Part shown: positions 8,500-17,182 of the stretch, piece by piece | Layout of the letters: each line of letters begins with the position of its first letter | Numbering within the stretch: the first letter of the stretch is position 1 | Assembly (NCBI GenBank): GCA_001871075.1 | Contig: MNUP01000128.1 | Span: forward strand, 1 to 43,315 | Direction of reading: 5' to 3' | Source: Candidatus Desantisbacteria bacterium CG1_02_49_89 | GTDB lineage: Bacteria; Desantisbacteria; UBA1551 | Length of the DNA: 43,315 bases | The notes under the pieces: model-generated | What the model was told of the DNA's origin: nothing | What the model saw: the letters and a program-made list of their open reading frames with translations, nothing else | Database searches by the model: none | Position numbers and translations under genes: made by a program

Positions 8500-8913
8500 C
8501 CTGCAGCTGCTCCGTTTTTTTAACCAGCCTTTTCCGGTTCAGCGTATAACCCTTGATCAAATGCTCTTTCAGCGTCCTGGTCGCCCAGATTCTAAATTGA
8601 GTTGCCCTGCTTGAATTAACTCTGTAACCAATTGAAATAATAGCATCGAGGTTGAAGAACTTAGTATTATAAATTTTCCCATCTTTTGCAGTATGTTCCA
8701 AAATGGAACTAACTGAATTTTCACTTAATTCTCTGCTTGCAAAAATATTCCTAAGATGTTTTGTAATGGCCGGCTTTGGGTACCGAATAGTTGAGATATT
8801 TGCTGCTGCGTAAGCCAGACAGTCTCTTCACGCAACCTGACTTCAAGGTTTGGCCCTTTTGAAGTTTTATAGATTATTATCTCGCCCTTGTTAATGGGGT
8901 CAGGTCTTGACAT
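8500..8913 (-). pseudogene. Frameshifted, truncated RhuM-family gene
   Basis: ORFs 8725-8946 (GEIIIY..ETVWLTQQQISQLFG) and 8405-8701 (NLDAIISIGYRVNS..TQFRIWAT) join by a 1-nt frameshift near 8773; the C-terminus is lost. Confidence 0.8.
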
Positions 8914-8934
8914 TTCACTCTTCCTTTTACTGAT

Positions 8935-8967
8935 AAAAAAACCCACTTGGGTTTTAAAGTGGGTATT
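8935..8967 (-). terminator. Possible intrinsic terminator
   Basis: ACCCACTT-8nt-AAGTGGGT stem followed by a T-tract on the minus strand. Confidence 0.4.
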
Positions 8968-9046
8968 TATTACATAATAAAAACCTTGCCCAGGATACCA
9001 TTAGCTTCTAATCTATAGTCTGCGTAAAACATTTCAGACCTCATTT

Positions 9047-9813
9047 AACCACGAATTATTTTACAGGGAACCCTCCACCAAAATCGGCGGGCAGGCTTAC
9101 GAGAACTTAAACTTCACCACGGAGACACAGAGTAATCTTTGGCTCATATTAAAAACCAAAGGCTACTTTTAACCACGAATTAACACGAATTTGCACGAAT
9201 TAATCTTCTGCTTGATTCTTGATACTATACAATAAAGTCTAAGAAATAAATAGTTCTATATTAATATGCGGGAATATACAATATTATATATATAAATGGC
9301 TAAATGTCAATAGAAACCACACGATTGCACACGATTTCCACAAGATAAACCACAGAGGCACGGAGAAATATTTTTGTCATATTAAAGGCCAAGAACTACT
9401 TTTAACCACGAATTAACACGAATTTGCACGAATTACAAACTGTGTAAACTTGTAAACTTTATAAACTACTTTTTTACAGGGAACCCGCCTACGCAGATAC
9501 TCCGCCAACATTAGCTTCCCGCTATTCGCGTGAATGTTGCGGATGCTTCCACCTTCGCAGTAACTCAGCAAATCCATAATTCTCCTGTTCGGAGAGGATT
9601 CGCTGATGCTACGGCGGACAAGCCGGCGGGCAGGCCCACCCCTACGCGAACCATAAATGTGCGATGAATCCGACCGCCACAAAACGCAACTTGAAGGTTG
9701 CGGCTATCCGCAAGCCTGAAGGCTTGCCCTGCGAAAACAAATAATTGGACGATTAGACGATTAAACAATCAGGGCTGAAGCCCTGAGTTACGCAAACCTA
9801 AAGGTTTGCCCTA
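9047..9813. repeat. Mosaic intergenic repeat stack (10-mer CACGAATT arrays, 9-mer GTAAACT arrays, family-2 elements, GTAG REPs)
   Basis: TTAACCACGAATTAACACGAATTTGCACGAATT at 9170 and 9402; REP hairpins at 9683-9732 and 9770-9813. Confidence 0.75.
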
Positions 9814-11907
9814 CTTAATCCACGGACTATCGGGGTAGGCGACTTTAAGCTGAGTAGAAACTGAATCAGCAGAGGTAAAATCACCGAGACCGAGAAAGGA
9901 CTGACGCTGATAATACAGGATTTCGGGGAGAAGGACTTTGATGACAGTGCTGAGCTTAATTGCCATGTCAAGATGGAAAAGAGCGTCCTTGTATTTCTTG
10001 GACTGGTAAAAATACCGGCCTTTAAGGAGCCAATAATACGGTTCAAGCTTTTTCCAGGGAATGGATTCATCCCACTCGGCAAGGGAGTTTTTGGCGCCGT
10101 CCAGCTCTTTTGTCTGCAGATACGCGTCCACCTGCTGTGCAAGGCTGCCTTCAAGCGCTATCTCCTGCTCGTAGGTATATTCTTTTTCCTTGTAAACCTT
10201 GTTGTAATACTCTTTCGCCTTGCCGGGATCGCCTTTGAGAAGCCAGGCATCCCCTATTCCGGTGTAGATCTGCAGGTTCTCTGAATAGGATATCTTGTAG
10301 TCGAGCAGGCGGGAATATTCCTCTATCGCGGCATCATAATCCCTGAGTTTTTCAAGATGCAGGTCTGCAAGTTTAAGGCTCGCGTCTATGAGGGGCCTGC
10401 GCACTTCCCTTTTTTCCCTGTCATCGTAAACCTCGTTGATCAGTTCCTTGTAGATGTCCTTTGCAAGCTCGTTGGAAAGCGGGTCATCCCCTGTCAGGGA
10501 TTCTGCTATACGGTTGGAAAGCTTTAGGACATTGAGGTTTGAGCGCCAGCCACGCAGAGCGGTGAAAAGGAACGGAAGCATTTTCTTGCCCAAGCGCAGC
10601 AGTAGTTCAGCGTCCTGCAGATTCTTCGCGCAGTCCCAGATAAGAAGGAGCTGGGGCAGCTGTAACTTATCAAATGAATACTCCCGCATAACCCTGACAT
10701 AGCTTTTAAGCCTGGCGTTATAGTTGTAATCAGTAAGCTTAGGCTCGCACACGGTGCTGACTGTAACGGAGAGAACATCCTCTACCCCATCCTCCCCGGA
10801 TTCCCGCAGGGTCACCCGGTATTTGCCGGAAGAAAGGAAAATGTGTTCTGTCTGCGCGCCTTCAGCTTTTTCGCCGTCACCGAAATCCCACTCGTAGATA
10901 TGGCCTTCCCTTTCAACAGCTTCAAACGCGTAGAAAAGCATAAAACCGAAATCAGATGGAAGAAAAGAGGTCTGCCGGAAAACGAAATCAGCGCACCAGG
11001 TCTTGTTGTAGGCTTCAAGAGCCTGCGGCTCTGCTTTCCAGGCATCCAGGAACTGTTCTCTTGGGATGGGCTGGTAGTAGTTGTATTTCCTGGCGGGGTT
11101 TTTCCAGTCTGTAAGGGAAGAAACAGCAAGCTTCTGCGCGTCCATCCCCCACAGCGCCTGCCAGTAGAGCTCGAACTTGTGCAGGCCTTTTTCAAGATCA
11201 GCCACAGTATAATGGTCACCCTGCCAGGACGCGTTGTGGCCTCCGGGCCACTGCACGATCATAAGGCCGTCTATGAGCAGGAACGAGGGGCCGTCTGAGG
11301 ACGCGGCAAGCTTGAATTTTCCGGGTTTGTTTATTATAAGGTAGCCTTCGTAAAGGCTGAGGTGGGGAACGGTGTAGTTGTACGGGGAATAGCTGTCAAA
11401 GATGTTCCTGCGCAGGCCGGCGCCGATCACTTTTCCCTTATTGGCGAACATATTCTGCATATCCTCCCAGGAATTGACTATGCCCCGCGTAGCTTCCCAC
11501 TCCCGCAGGATAAGCCCGCCTTTGGGCTCCCATTCTTCAGCAGGCTCCTGGGAAGGAACAAGGACATTGCATCCGAAATAGAAGGTGTAAGGCTCGTATT
11601 TCTCGTCAGCCTTGAAAGCGACGAAGCTGACCCCATACGGACTACAGAAGAGCATCTTGTACGGGGTTACGACCCCGCGGTTGTCATATATGCGCAGGTC
11701 AAAGCCGTCTGCCTGAAGGCTGCCCCCTGTGACAAGCTCAGCGTAGGCGGTATTGCCTATCTGGCGGCCCTGGGTGGAATAGACGGAGAACTTGCGGCGG
11801 AACTGCCAGGCGGAGTCGCGCCAGTCAGGCTGGGCGAAAGACCAGGCAGAACCACAGACAAGAAGCAACCAGAGAGGGATAAAAACAAATAATACTATTT
11901 TTTTCAT
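9811..11907 (-). CDS. Exported protein with PA14-like, PKD and TPR domains
   Basis: Signal peptide; W..SAWQFRR N-terminus; YEGYLII..G.FKLAASSDGPSFLLIDG (PA14-like); YEWDFGDG..HIF..G.Y.VTL (PKD); C-terminal TPR helices. Confidence 0.78.
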   Translation of the reverse strand: MKKIVLFVFIPLWLLLVCGSAWSFAQPDWRDSAWQFRRKFSVYSTQGRQIGNTAYAELVTGGSLQADGFDLRIYDNRGVVTPYKMLFCSPYGVSFVAFKADEKYEPYTFYFGCNVLVPSQEPAEEWEPKGGLILREWEATRGIVNSWEDMQNMFANKGKVIGAGLRRNIFDSYSPYNYTVPHLSLYEGYLIINKPGKFKLAASSDGPSFLLIDGLMIVQWPGGHNASWQGDHYTVADLEKGLHKFELYWQALWGMDAQKLAVSSLTDWKNPARKYNYYQPIPREQFLDAWKAEPQALEAYNKTWCADFVFRQTSFLPSDFGFMLFYAFEAVEREGHIYEWDFGDGEKAEGAQTEHIFLSSGKYRVTLRESGEDGVEDVLSVTVSTVCEPKLTDYNYNARLKSYVRVMREYSFDKLQLPQLLLIWDCAKNLQDAELLLRLGKKMLPFLFTALRGWRSNLNVLKLSNRIAESLTGDDPLSNELAKDIYKELINEVYDDREKREVRRPLIDASLKLADLHLEKLRDYDAAIEEYSRLLDYKISYSENLQIYTGIGDAWLLKGDPGKAKEYYNKVYKEKEYTYEQEIALEGSLAQQVDAYLQTKELDGAKNSLAEWDESIPWKKLEPYYWLLKGRYFYQSKKYKDALFHLDMAIKLSTVIKVLLPEILYYQRQSFLGLGDFTSADSVSTQLKVAYPDSPWIK

Positions 11908-12007
11908 ATTAAAAGCCAGAGGCTACTTTTAACCACGAATTAATACGGATTTCCACGAATTACAAACTATATAACTTTGTAAACTGCTCCAAAGACTACC
12001 ACGGAAG

Positions 12008-12080
12008 CCCTCTGCTGCTCCGAATAACCCGGAGCAAAACGCGAGGACCTTCGCCCGCCAATAATCGTGGCGGGCTACGG
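12008..12080 (+). repeat. Two-hairpin mini-element family 1 variant (copy G)
   Basis: 73-nt insert relative to the empty site at 42211-42263; same stem-hairpin-AAAAC-stem-CTTC-hairpin-TACGG layout. Confidence 0.62.
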
Positions 12081-12241
12081 CACGGAAGGATGGAAGCACG
12101 GAATAATATTTGGCTTTTGCAAATGACAAATGACTGCCTTTGCAACCACACGATTACACACGATTTCCACAAGATTTTCTTCTACTTGACACTTGATACT
12201 TGACTCTTGACACTAAATTAACCACAGGTGAACACTGTTTT

Positions 12242-12484
12242 GTAGCTCAAACCTTCAGGTTTGATATCAGGGCTCCCACCTTAAAAATTGGCGGGTCTTC
12301 GAAAAGCCCTGAGTTACTCGCAAGCCTTAAGGCTTGCCCTACGAAAACAAATATTACGGGGCTCCCTCCTTAAAGATCGGCAGCTTGCCCGCCAACGCTT
12401 GCTGGGCGGGGGTCTTCGAAAAGGCTTGCCCTACGAAATCTACACCTAAGAGACCATAAATAGCAGAGCAAGCTCTGCCACTAC
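12242..12484. repeat. Cluster of GTAG/GTAA-tagged REP palindromes with nested inserts
   Basis: GTAGCTCAAACCTTCAGGTTTGA; reverse complements of GTAGGGCAAGCCTTAAGGCTTGCG and GTAGTGGCAGAGCTTGCTCTGCTA. Confidence 0.75.
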
Positions 12485-12516
12485 TTCGAAACCCCGGAAC
12501 CCGTATTAAACGATTT

Positions 12517-12590
12517 CCGGAGAGTCATTCACCCTGTTCTGACTCGTAGGTCCCTGTGTTAAGCTCCAGTTTCATCGGAGCTACAGGGAT
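12517..12590 (-). repeat. Two-hairpin mini-element family 1, copy C
   Basis: ATCCCTGTA-GCTCC..GGAGC-TTAAC-ACAGGGAC-CTAC-GAGTCA-12nt-TGACTC-TCCGG, 8 nt after the stop of the upstream CDS. Confidence 0.7.
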
Positions 12591-12598
12591 AACGTTTC

Positions 12599-15500
12599 TC
12601 AACGAAGTTCATTAGATAACACTTCAAAGTATTCTTTGACAAGCTGCTCGTAGCGGTCGGGGTATTTTTCCTTGAGGGCGTCAACGATCTTGGAGCGTAT
12701 GTTACGGTCCATGCGAAGCGCGGGCTCGCGGCGCAGCTCAACCTCCTCATCAACGGATTCTTTCAGCGCGCCCAGCTGTTCGGAAAGCATTTTCCTCTTG
12801 TCCAGAAGGCTCTTGTACCTGCCTTCGTTCATATCCTTTTCAATGTCTTCCATAGTGGTTATTGCCTGGCGCAGGCTGCTTGTGACGTTCAGGTAAGGGT
12901 TCAGGCCCTGCTTCACTTCCGTGGCCTTTGCGCGGATCTCAGCCTCGCGCAGGGCAAGCCGGCGCAGTTCTTCCTTGATCTGCGGGGGCACGTTATCCGT
13001 AAGCCCCTCTGCTCCCCACCCGCCTATCTTGCCCCCGCCTGTTGACCCGGGTGTGGGTTTGTGCTTTTCTTCCTTGACAACTCCCTTTTGCATGCGCTCG
13101 TCGCTGAGCCGCGGGGGGATCTTGCGGCCGTCAAGCCCTTTATACTTGCCTTCCACGAACTGGCCTGAGGATTTGCCTGTCCTGCCCTCGCCTGACCTGC
13201 CTGACAGCTCCTGGTTACCCGGAAGCATGTTGCCTGTTTTGCCTTTCGCGCTCCAGTTGGATATGGGGCCGTCCATAATCCCCCATCCTGCCTGGGACAT
13301 GTTGTCCACCCAGCCCCCGGTTATATTGTTGTCCATAGCGTCATCCATCTCATCCTCTGTCTGGATAAGGTCCGCGATGTAATCCTGCAGATCAAGGGGG
13401 ATGTCAGGCATAGGCACGTCGTATTCCTCGAAAGGATTGGCAACGTTCCACTGGATGATGTCAGGCTTGTTCATCAGCCACATTTCCAGGTCCTGGCGCA
13501 GCTGCTTCCCGAGCTCTATCCACTTCCACATCTCCTGGGTGTCAAGCGTGAGTGTCACTTTCTTGAACTCGCCTTCCGCGCGTTTCACAAAACCTATTAT
13601 CTCCTCAAGGGTGTTCACAACAACGCTCGCTCCAAGGTCCTTTTCCGTGACGTTCTTGAAATCGTTAGTGCCTTTGGAAAGGTCTTTGCGCACCCCCTCC
13701 TCAACCTCTCCCAGTTTCTGCAAGGCCTTGATGTCCTCGGGGGTGTAGTCCTCAGCCGGCTTTTTGGAAATCCTTTCAAGCACTGAAATAACATCCTTCT
13801 GGCTTCCCATAAACCTGTCCAGCTCCCTTATAAGCTCCCTGGCGGCTTTTTCCTTCGCGGCGAAATTCTTTGACATCCAGGAGCGGTTAAGGTCCGCCAT
13901 TGACTTCAGTATCAGCTCAAGCTTGTCTATTATCTCGTCTTCCTTGCCCTGTGCTATGAATATAACGTTGTCCTGGATGTATTTCACCGCCTCTGACATA
14001 AGGTTCGGAATTTTGAGCTCATCCATCTGGCTGGCGTACTTGGTGCACGCCTGCACGACCTCGTAGAACCCTTTTGCCTTCGCGGCAAGCAGGAGAAGGT
14101 TATCGCGGCACTCAATGGTGCGCACCCGCAGTTCCTGCTCCCTGATCGCGAGGTTGCGGCGTTCATAGACCGGAAGCTTGTCAACAGTGCCTTTCCTGAT
14201 CTCTTTCTGGACCCGCAGGACCTCTTTAAGGGCAGCGGAAAGGTCTGAGAACACACCTTTGAGCTGTTCAGGAGAAAGGCTGTCAGCAGAGGCAAGCCGG
14301 CGCATAGACTCCTGAAGCTTGACGAACGGGTCAACAAGCCGTATTGTGAGGAACGTTGAAACGCTTTTACCCGGGCCTGTGATGTTGTTGGCGTCCTCAG
14401 CCTCTATCCAGTAAACAAGCACGTCATCAGAGCTGAGGGTCATTGCCTGAGGCGATATCCAGGTCTGCAAAGTCGCCGCGTGCGCTGTGCCGCCGAAATC
14501 AGAGGATTTCAGGACTTTTTCCTTCTCTTTCTCATCCCCTGACCTGAATTTTATCGCGGCTTTCTTAACGCCGTAGTCGTCCCTGACGTTTATAAGAATG
14601 GGGATGCGCTCGAACTTACCGATTATGATGTTCTGCCCGGGAAGCACGACCTGGATGGTCGGGGGCTTGTCCGAGACCGCTTTCACAGAACCGATCTGCT
14701 TTCCGTCACTGACATAGCCATCCATGTCAATCAGGCGCAGAGAATAAGCAAGGTCCTTATTAATTGAAAGGTTCGGGCCTTTCACCTTTTTACCGGATAT
14801 GGAAAACGGGTATTCCTGCTTTGCTATGAGAAGCTTTGCTTCAGCCATCTGGTTATTGGTTGTACCTGATATCTCAACCCCGGTGCCGTACAGGACCTCT
14901 ATGTCACCGGTTTTCTGCACTATCTTCCTTTCAGAAAGACGGGTGTATTCCGGATATTTGCAACCGAACTCAAACGTTTCAATGGCAGGCGGACTTATTA
15001 CCGCTGCCTCATATCTTGGAGAAGCCCCGTCACCCGCTTTCACGAAGTAGCGCACGGATTTGTCCAGAGCAGCGATCTGAAAGGAGAATGATTCTCCAGT
15101 TCCGTTCATTCTGCCGGTCTTCCAGCCCTTACCTTGTAGTTTGTACCGAACAATAGCGTCCTTCGGCAGTTCTCCGGCCATTACAGCAGTAATGTCCAGG
15201 CCTGAACCGCGCAGAACCCTGGTGTTTCCGGGTGAAACCGAGATCTTTGTCTTGCTGATAAAGGATATTTCGGACGGCGGGGAGAAAACGCGCAGGAAAG
15301 CGTTCGAGAAATACGAAGGGAAGAAAATACCGTAGATAAGGAACGCGGCGAGGACAGCAACAGCGGCGATCCCGAGCTTTCTGACTATATCCCATTTTAT
15401 AACGCTCTTAACGTCAAAGGAACGCAGGCGGGAAAAGCTCTCTTCCACAAGCGCGTCCACGAATCCCTTTGCCTTTTCCTGCCTGCCAAGCAAAAGTGCG

Positions 15501-15817
15501 TTGATGACCGCGTTGTCAAGCTGGGGGAACTCTTTTTCTATACGGCGGGCGAACCACTCGTCAGAATGGCGCTTCATCGCGGGGCTGACAAGTTCTTTAA
15601 TAAGGATAAAGGCGGAAGGAACAATGATAGCGCATAAACTCGCCCACCTGGCAGCTGTGCTGAAGTGCAGGAGGTTGTCCAGAAGGAAAAGAAGGATAGA
15701 AAGGCCCAGGAGCACGCAAATAAGCAGAGCAGAGCCGCGCAGAAGGGAAAAACGGCGCTGGCGCTTCCGGATTTCGTCTAAGATCGCTACCAGGTTTCCA
15801 TAGGTTCCGCTGGACAT
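12599..15817 (-). CDS. Large membrane-anchored Ig-like/coiled-coil protein (DUF4175-like) of the MoxR/vWA cluster
   Basis: 3 N-terminal TM helices, ARRIEKEFPQL motif, D.PP.I..DDYGV motif, long coiled coil, C-terminal YP..YEQLVKEYF; AAGGAG RBS before ATG 15817. Confidence 0.8.
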   Translation of the reverse strand: MSSGTYGNLVAILDEIRKRQRRFSLLRGSALLICVLLGLSILLFLLDNLLHFSTAARWASLCAIIVPSAFILIKELVSPAMKRHSDEWFARRIEKEFPQLDNAVINALLLGRQEKAKGFVDALVEESFSRLRSFDVKSVIKWDIVRKLGIAAVAVLAAFLIYGIFFPSYFSNAFLRVFSPPSEISFISKTKISVSPGNTRVLRGSGLDITAVMAGELPKDAIVRYKLQGKGWKTGRMNGTGESFSFQIAALDKSVRYFVKAGDGASPRYEAAVISPPAIETFEFGCKYPEYTRLSERKIVQKTGDIEVLYGTGVEISGTTNNQMAEAKLLIAKQEYPFSISGKKVKGPNLSINKDLAYSLRLIDMDGYVSDGKQIGSVKAVSDKPPTIQVVLPGQNIIIGKFERIPILINVRDDYGVKKAAIKFRSGDEKEKEKVLKSSDFGGTAHAATLQTWISPQAMTLSSDDVLVYWIEAEDANNITGPGKSVSTFLTIRLVDPFVKLQESMRRLASADSLSPEQLKGVFSDLSAALKEVLRVQKEIRKGTVDKLPVYERRNLAIREQELRVRTIECRDNLLLLAAKAKGFYEVVQACTKYASQMDELKIPNLMSEAVKYIQDNVIFIAQGKEDEIIDKLELILKSMADLNRSWMSKNFAAKEKAARELIRELDRFMGSQKDVISVLERISKKPAEDYTPEDIKALQKLGEVEEGVRKDLSKGTNDFKNVTEKDLGASVVVNTLEEIIGFVKRAEGEFKKVTLTLDTQEMWKWIELGKQLRQDLEMWLMNKPDIIQWNVANPFEEYDVPMPDIPLDLQDYIADLIQTEDEMDDAMDNNITGGWVDNMSQAGWGIMDGPISNWSAKGKTGNMLPGNQELSGRSGEGRTGKSSGQFVEGKYKGLDGRKIPPRLSDERMQKGVVKEEKHKPTPGSTGGGKIGGWGAEGLTDNVPPQIKEELRRLALREAEIRAKATEVKQGLNPYLNVTSSLRQAITTMEDIEKDMNEGRYKSLLDKRKMLSEQLGALKESVDEEVELRREPALRMDRNIRSKIVDALKEKYPDRYEQLVKEYFEVLSNELR

Positions 15818-16070
15818 AGGGGCTCCTTTGTTCATTATAGCTGTCATGAGTCATGGTTCATGAGTCATGGGTTGAATCAATTATGAGTTATGTCCCAAAG
15901 GGATCCCTTCGGGAAATTATGAATCAACAGCAAGGTATATATTGCCCGCCCCTTCGGGGCGAGGTCTCGCCCCGATGGACATCGGGGCGGATAACTCAGG
16001 GCTTCAGCCCTGAAATCAAACCTGAAGGTTTGAGTTACAGCAAACTCAGCGAACTCAGCGGCGAGATGCG

Positions 16071-16367
16071 TTAAATTGAATTTATTCGTAAATGCCGGCT
16101 TTTATTCCAATAAAATATATCCTCGTGTTTCCCTACGGCGACAAGGAACGCTTTGTCCTTCTCCTGCCTGTACACGCCCCTGTAATTCATGGTGATGCTG
16201 AACTCCCAGAAGTTGTCCGTCCCGCTGATCTTTTTGTTCCTCAGGGAAGGATGGGAAGGATCTCTAATAAGCATATCAAGTGACCAGTCGAGCTTCTCTC
16301 TGATCTCCAGGGGGAATTTCAGTATCTTCTTTTGCTTCGAAGGGGGGATAACGATCTCTCTGATCAT
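16071..16367 (-). CDS. Type II TA toxin, RelE/ParE-fold mRNA interferase-like
   Basis: DPSHPSLRNKKISG..FWEFSITMNYR..VGKHEDIF; start overlaps the antitoxin stop (ATGA). Confidence 0.78.
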   Translation of the reverse strand: MIREIVIPPSKQKKILKFPLEIREKLDWSLDMLIRDPSHPSLRNKKISGTDNFWEFSITMNYRGVYRQEKDKAFLVAVGKHEDIFYWNKSRHLRINSI

Positions 16368-16639
16368 TTCTCAAAGTCCTTTCTCAACTCTGCCCTGCCG
16401 CGGTAAACCTTATATTTTCCTTTTTTTATCTCCGCCTCCGACTCCCTGATCTCGTTCTGCCATTTAGGGCTCCAGAAATATGCCTGGTCCTTTTTGACCA
16501 CATTAACCGGTATCATGATGATCTCCCCGTCCCTTTCCTCGAAACTGATAAGGTCCCCTTCTTTCAGGTTCGATCTCGTTCTTATTTCCCGGGGAATAAC
16601 GACCTGGTAATGCCTTGCTATTTTGGCTATTGCTGCCAT
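16364..16639 (-). CDS. AbrB/MazE/SpoVT-family antitoxin
   Basis: KIARHYQVVIPREIR..LKEGD AbrB motif, then DQAYFWSPKWQ; GGAGG RBS before ATG 16639. Confidence 0.88.
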   Translation of the reverse strand: MAAIAKIARHYQVVIPREIRTRSNLKEGDLISFEERDGEIIMIPVNVVKKDQAYFWSPKWQNEIRESEAEIKKGKYKVYRGRAELRKDFEK

Positions 16640-16670
16640 TTCAGCACCTCCTTCATAATTTACTAATATC

Positions 16671-16699
16671 ATAATATCATAAAATAGTAATTTTGTCAA
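16671..16699 (-). promoter_or_regulatory. Sigma70 promoter of the AbrB-RelE operon with an overlapping palindrome
   Basis: TTGACA-17 nt-TATTAT with TG extension; TTACTA...TAGTAA inverted repeat across it (candidate operator). Confidence 0.65.
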
Positions 16700-17182
16700 G
16701 AAAATCCGTAAAAATACAACTTATATGTTGTATTTATTCCAATTTTGTCATTTGGACTCCCATATGCATTCTGCATATAAATATATGCGATTTGAATATA
16801 GAAATTAATATCCACAAATGCGCGATAAATCGCCCTCCTAACTGACTGGCGGGCAGGAACCGCTACAAAATAACGCAAGCCTAAAGGCTTGCCCTACGAA
16901 ACAGATTGTTTCGCTCCGCTCGCAATGACAAAATTATTACAATAATGTTCCGTGTTGTTGCGTTGACACGCTGTCCGATGACTCCGTATGAGTCGATACG
17001 TAGTATCGGACTCCATCGGAGATACGCTGACGCACTTTTATCCCCTCATCCCAACCTTCTCCCTCATTAACACCCTCATCTCAATCTTCCCCCACACATC
17101 CACCCTCACCTTATTCCTCCCCCGTCAAGGGGGAGGAAAATAAGGAATAAACTCATTTCAGGGGGGGAAGAAGATTAAGGAT

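Noticed and set aside
9285-9310. Sigma70 promoter TTGACA..TATAAT on the minus strand
   Set aside because: Spacing is 14 nt to TATAAT in very AT-rich DNA, too weak to call.
9413-9768. Small ORFs in spacers (also 1477-1689, 11929-12129, 15853-16074, 16696-16878)
   Set aside because: They consist of repeat modules or promoter DNA and lack an RBS and protein-like features.
600-9800. Integron cassette array (attC)
   Set aside because: No integrase in the window, and I could not find paired RYYYAAC/GTTRRRY boxes bounding the hairpins.
9047-12484. CRISPR array
   Set aside because: Repeats are periodic or palindromic with irregular spacing; there are no constant-length unique spacers and no cas genes.
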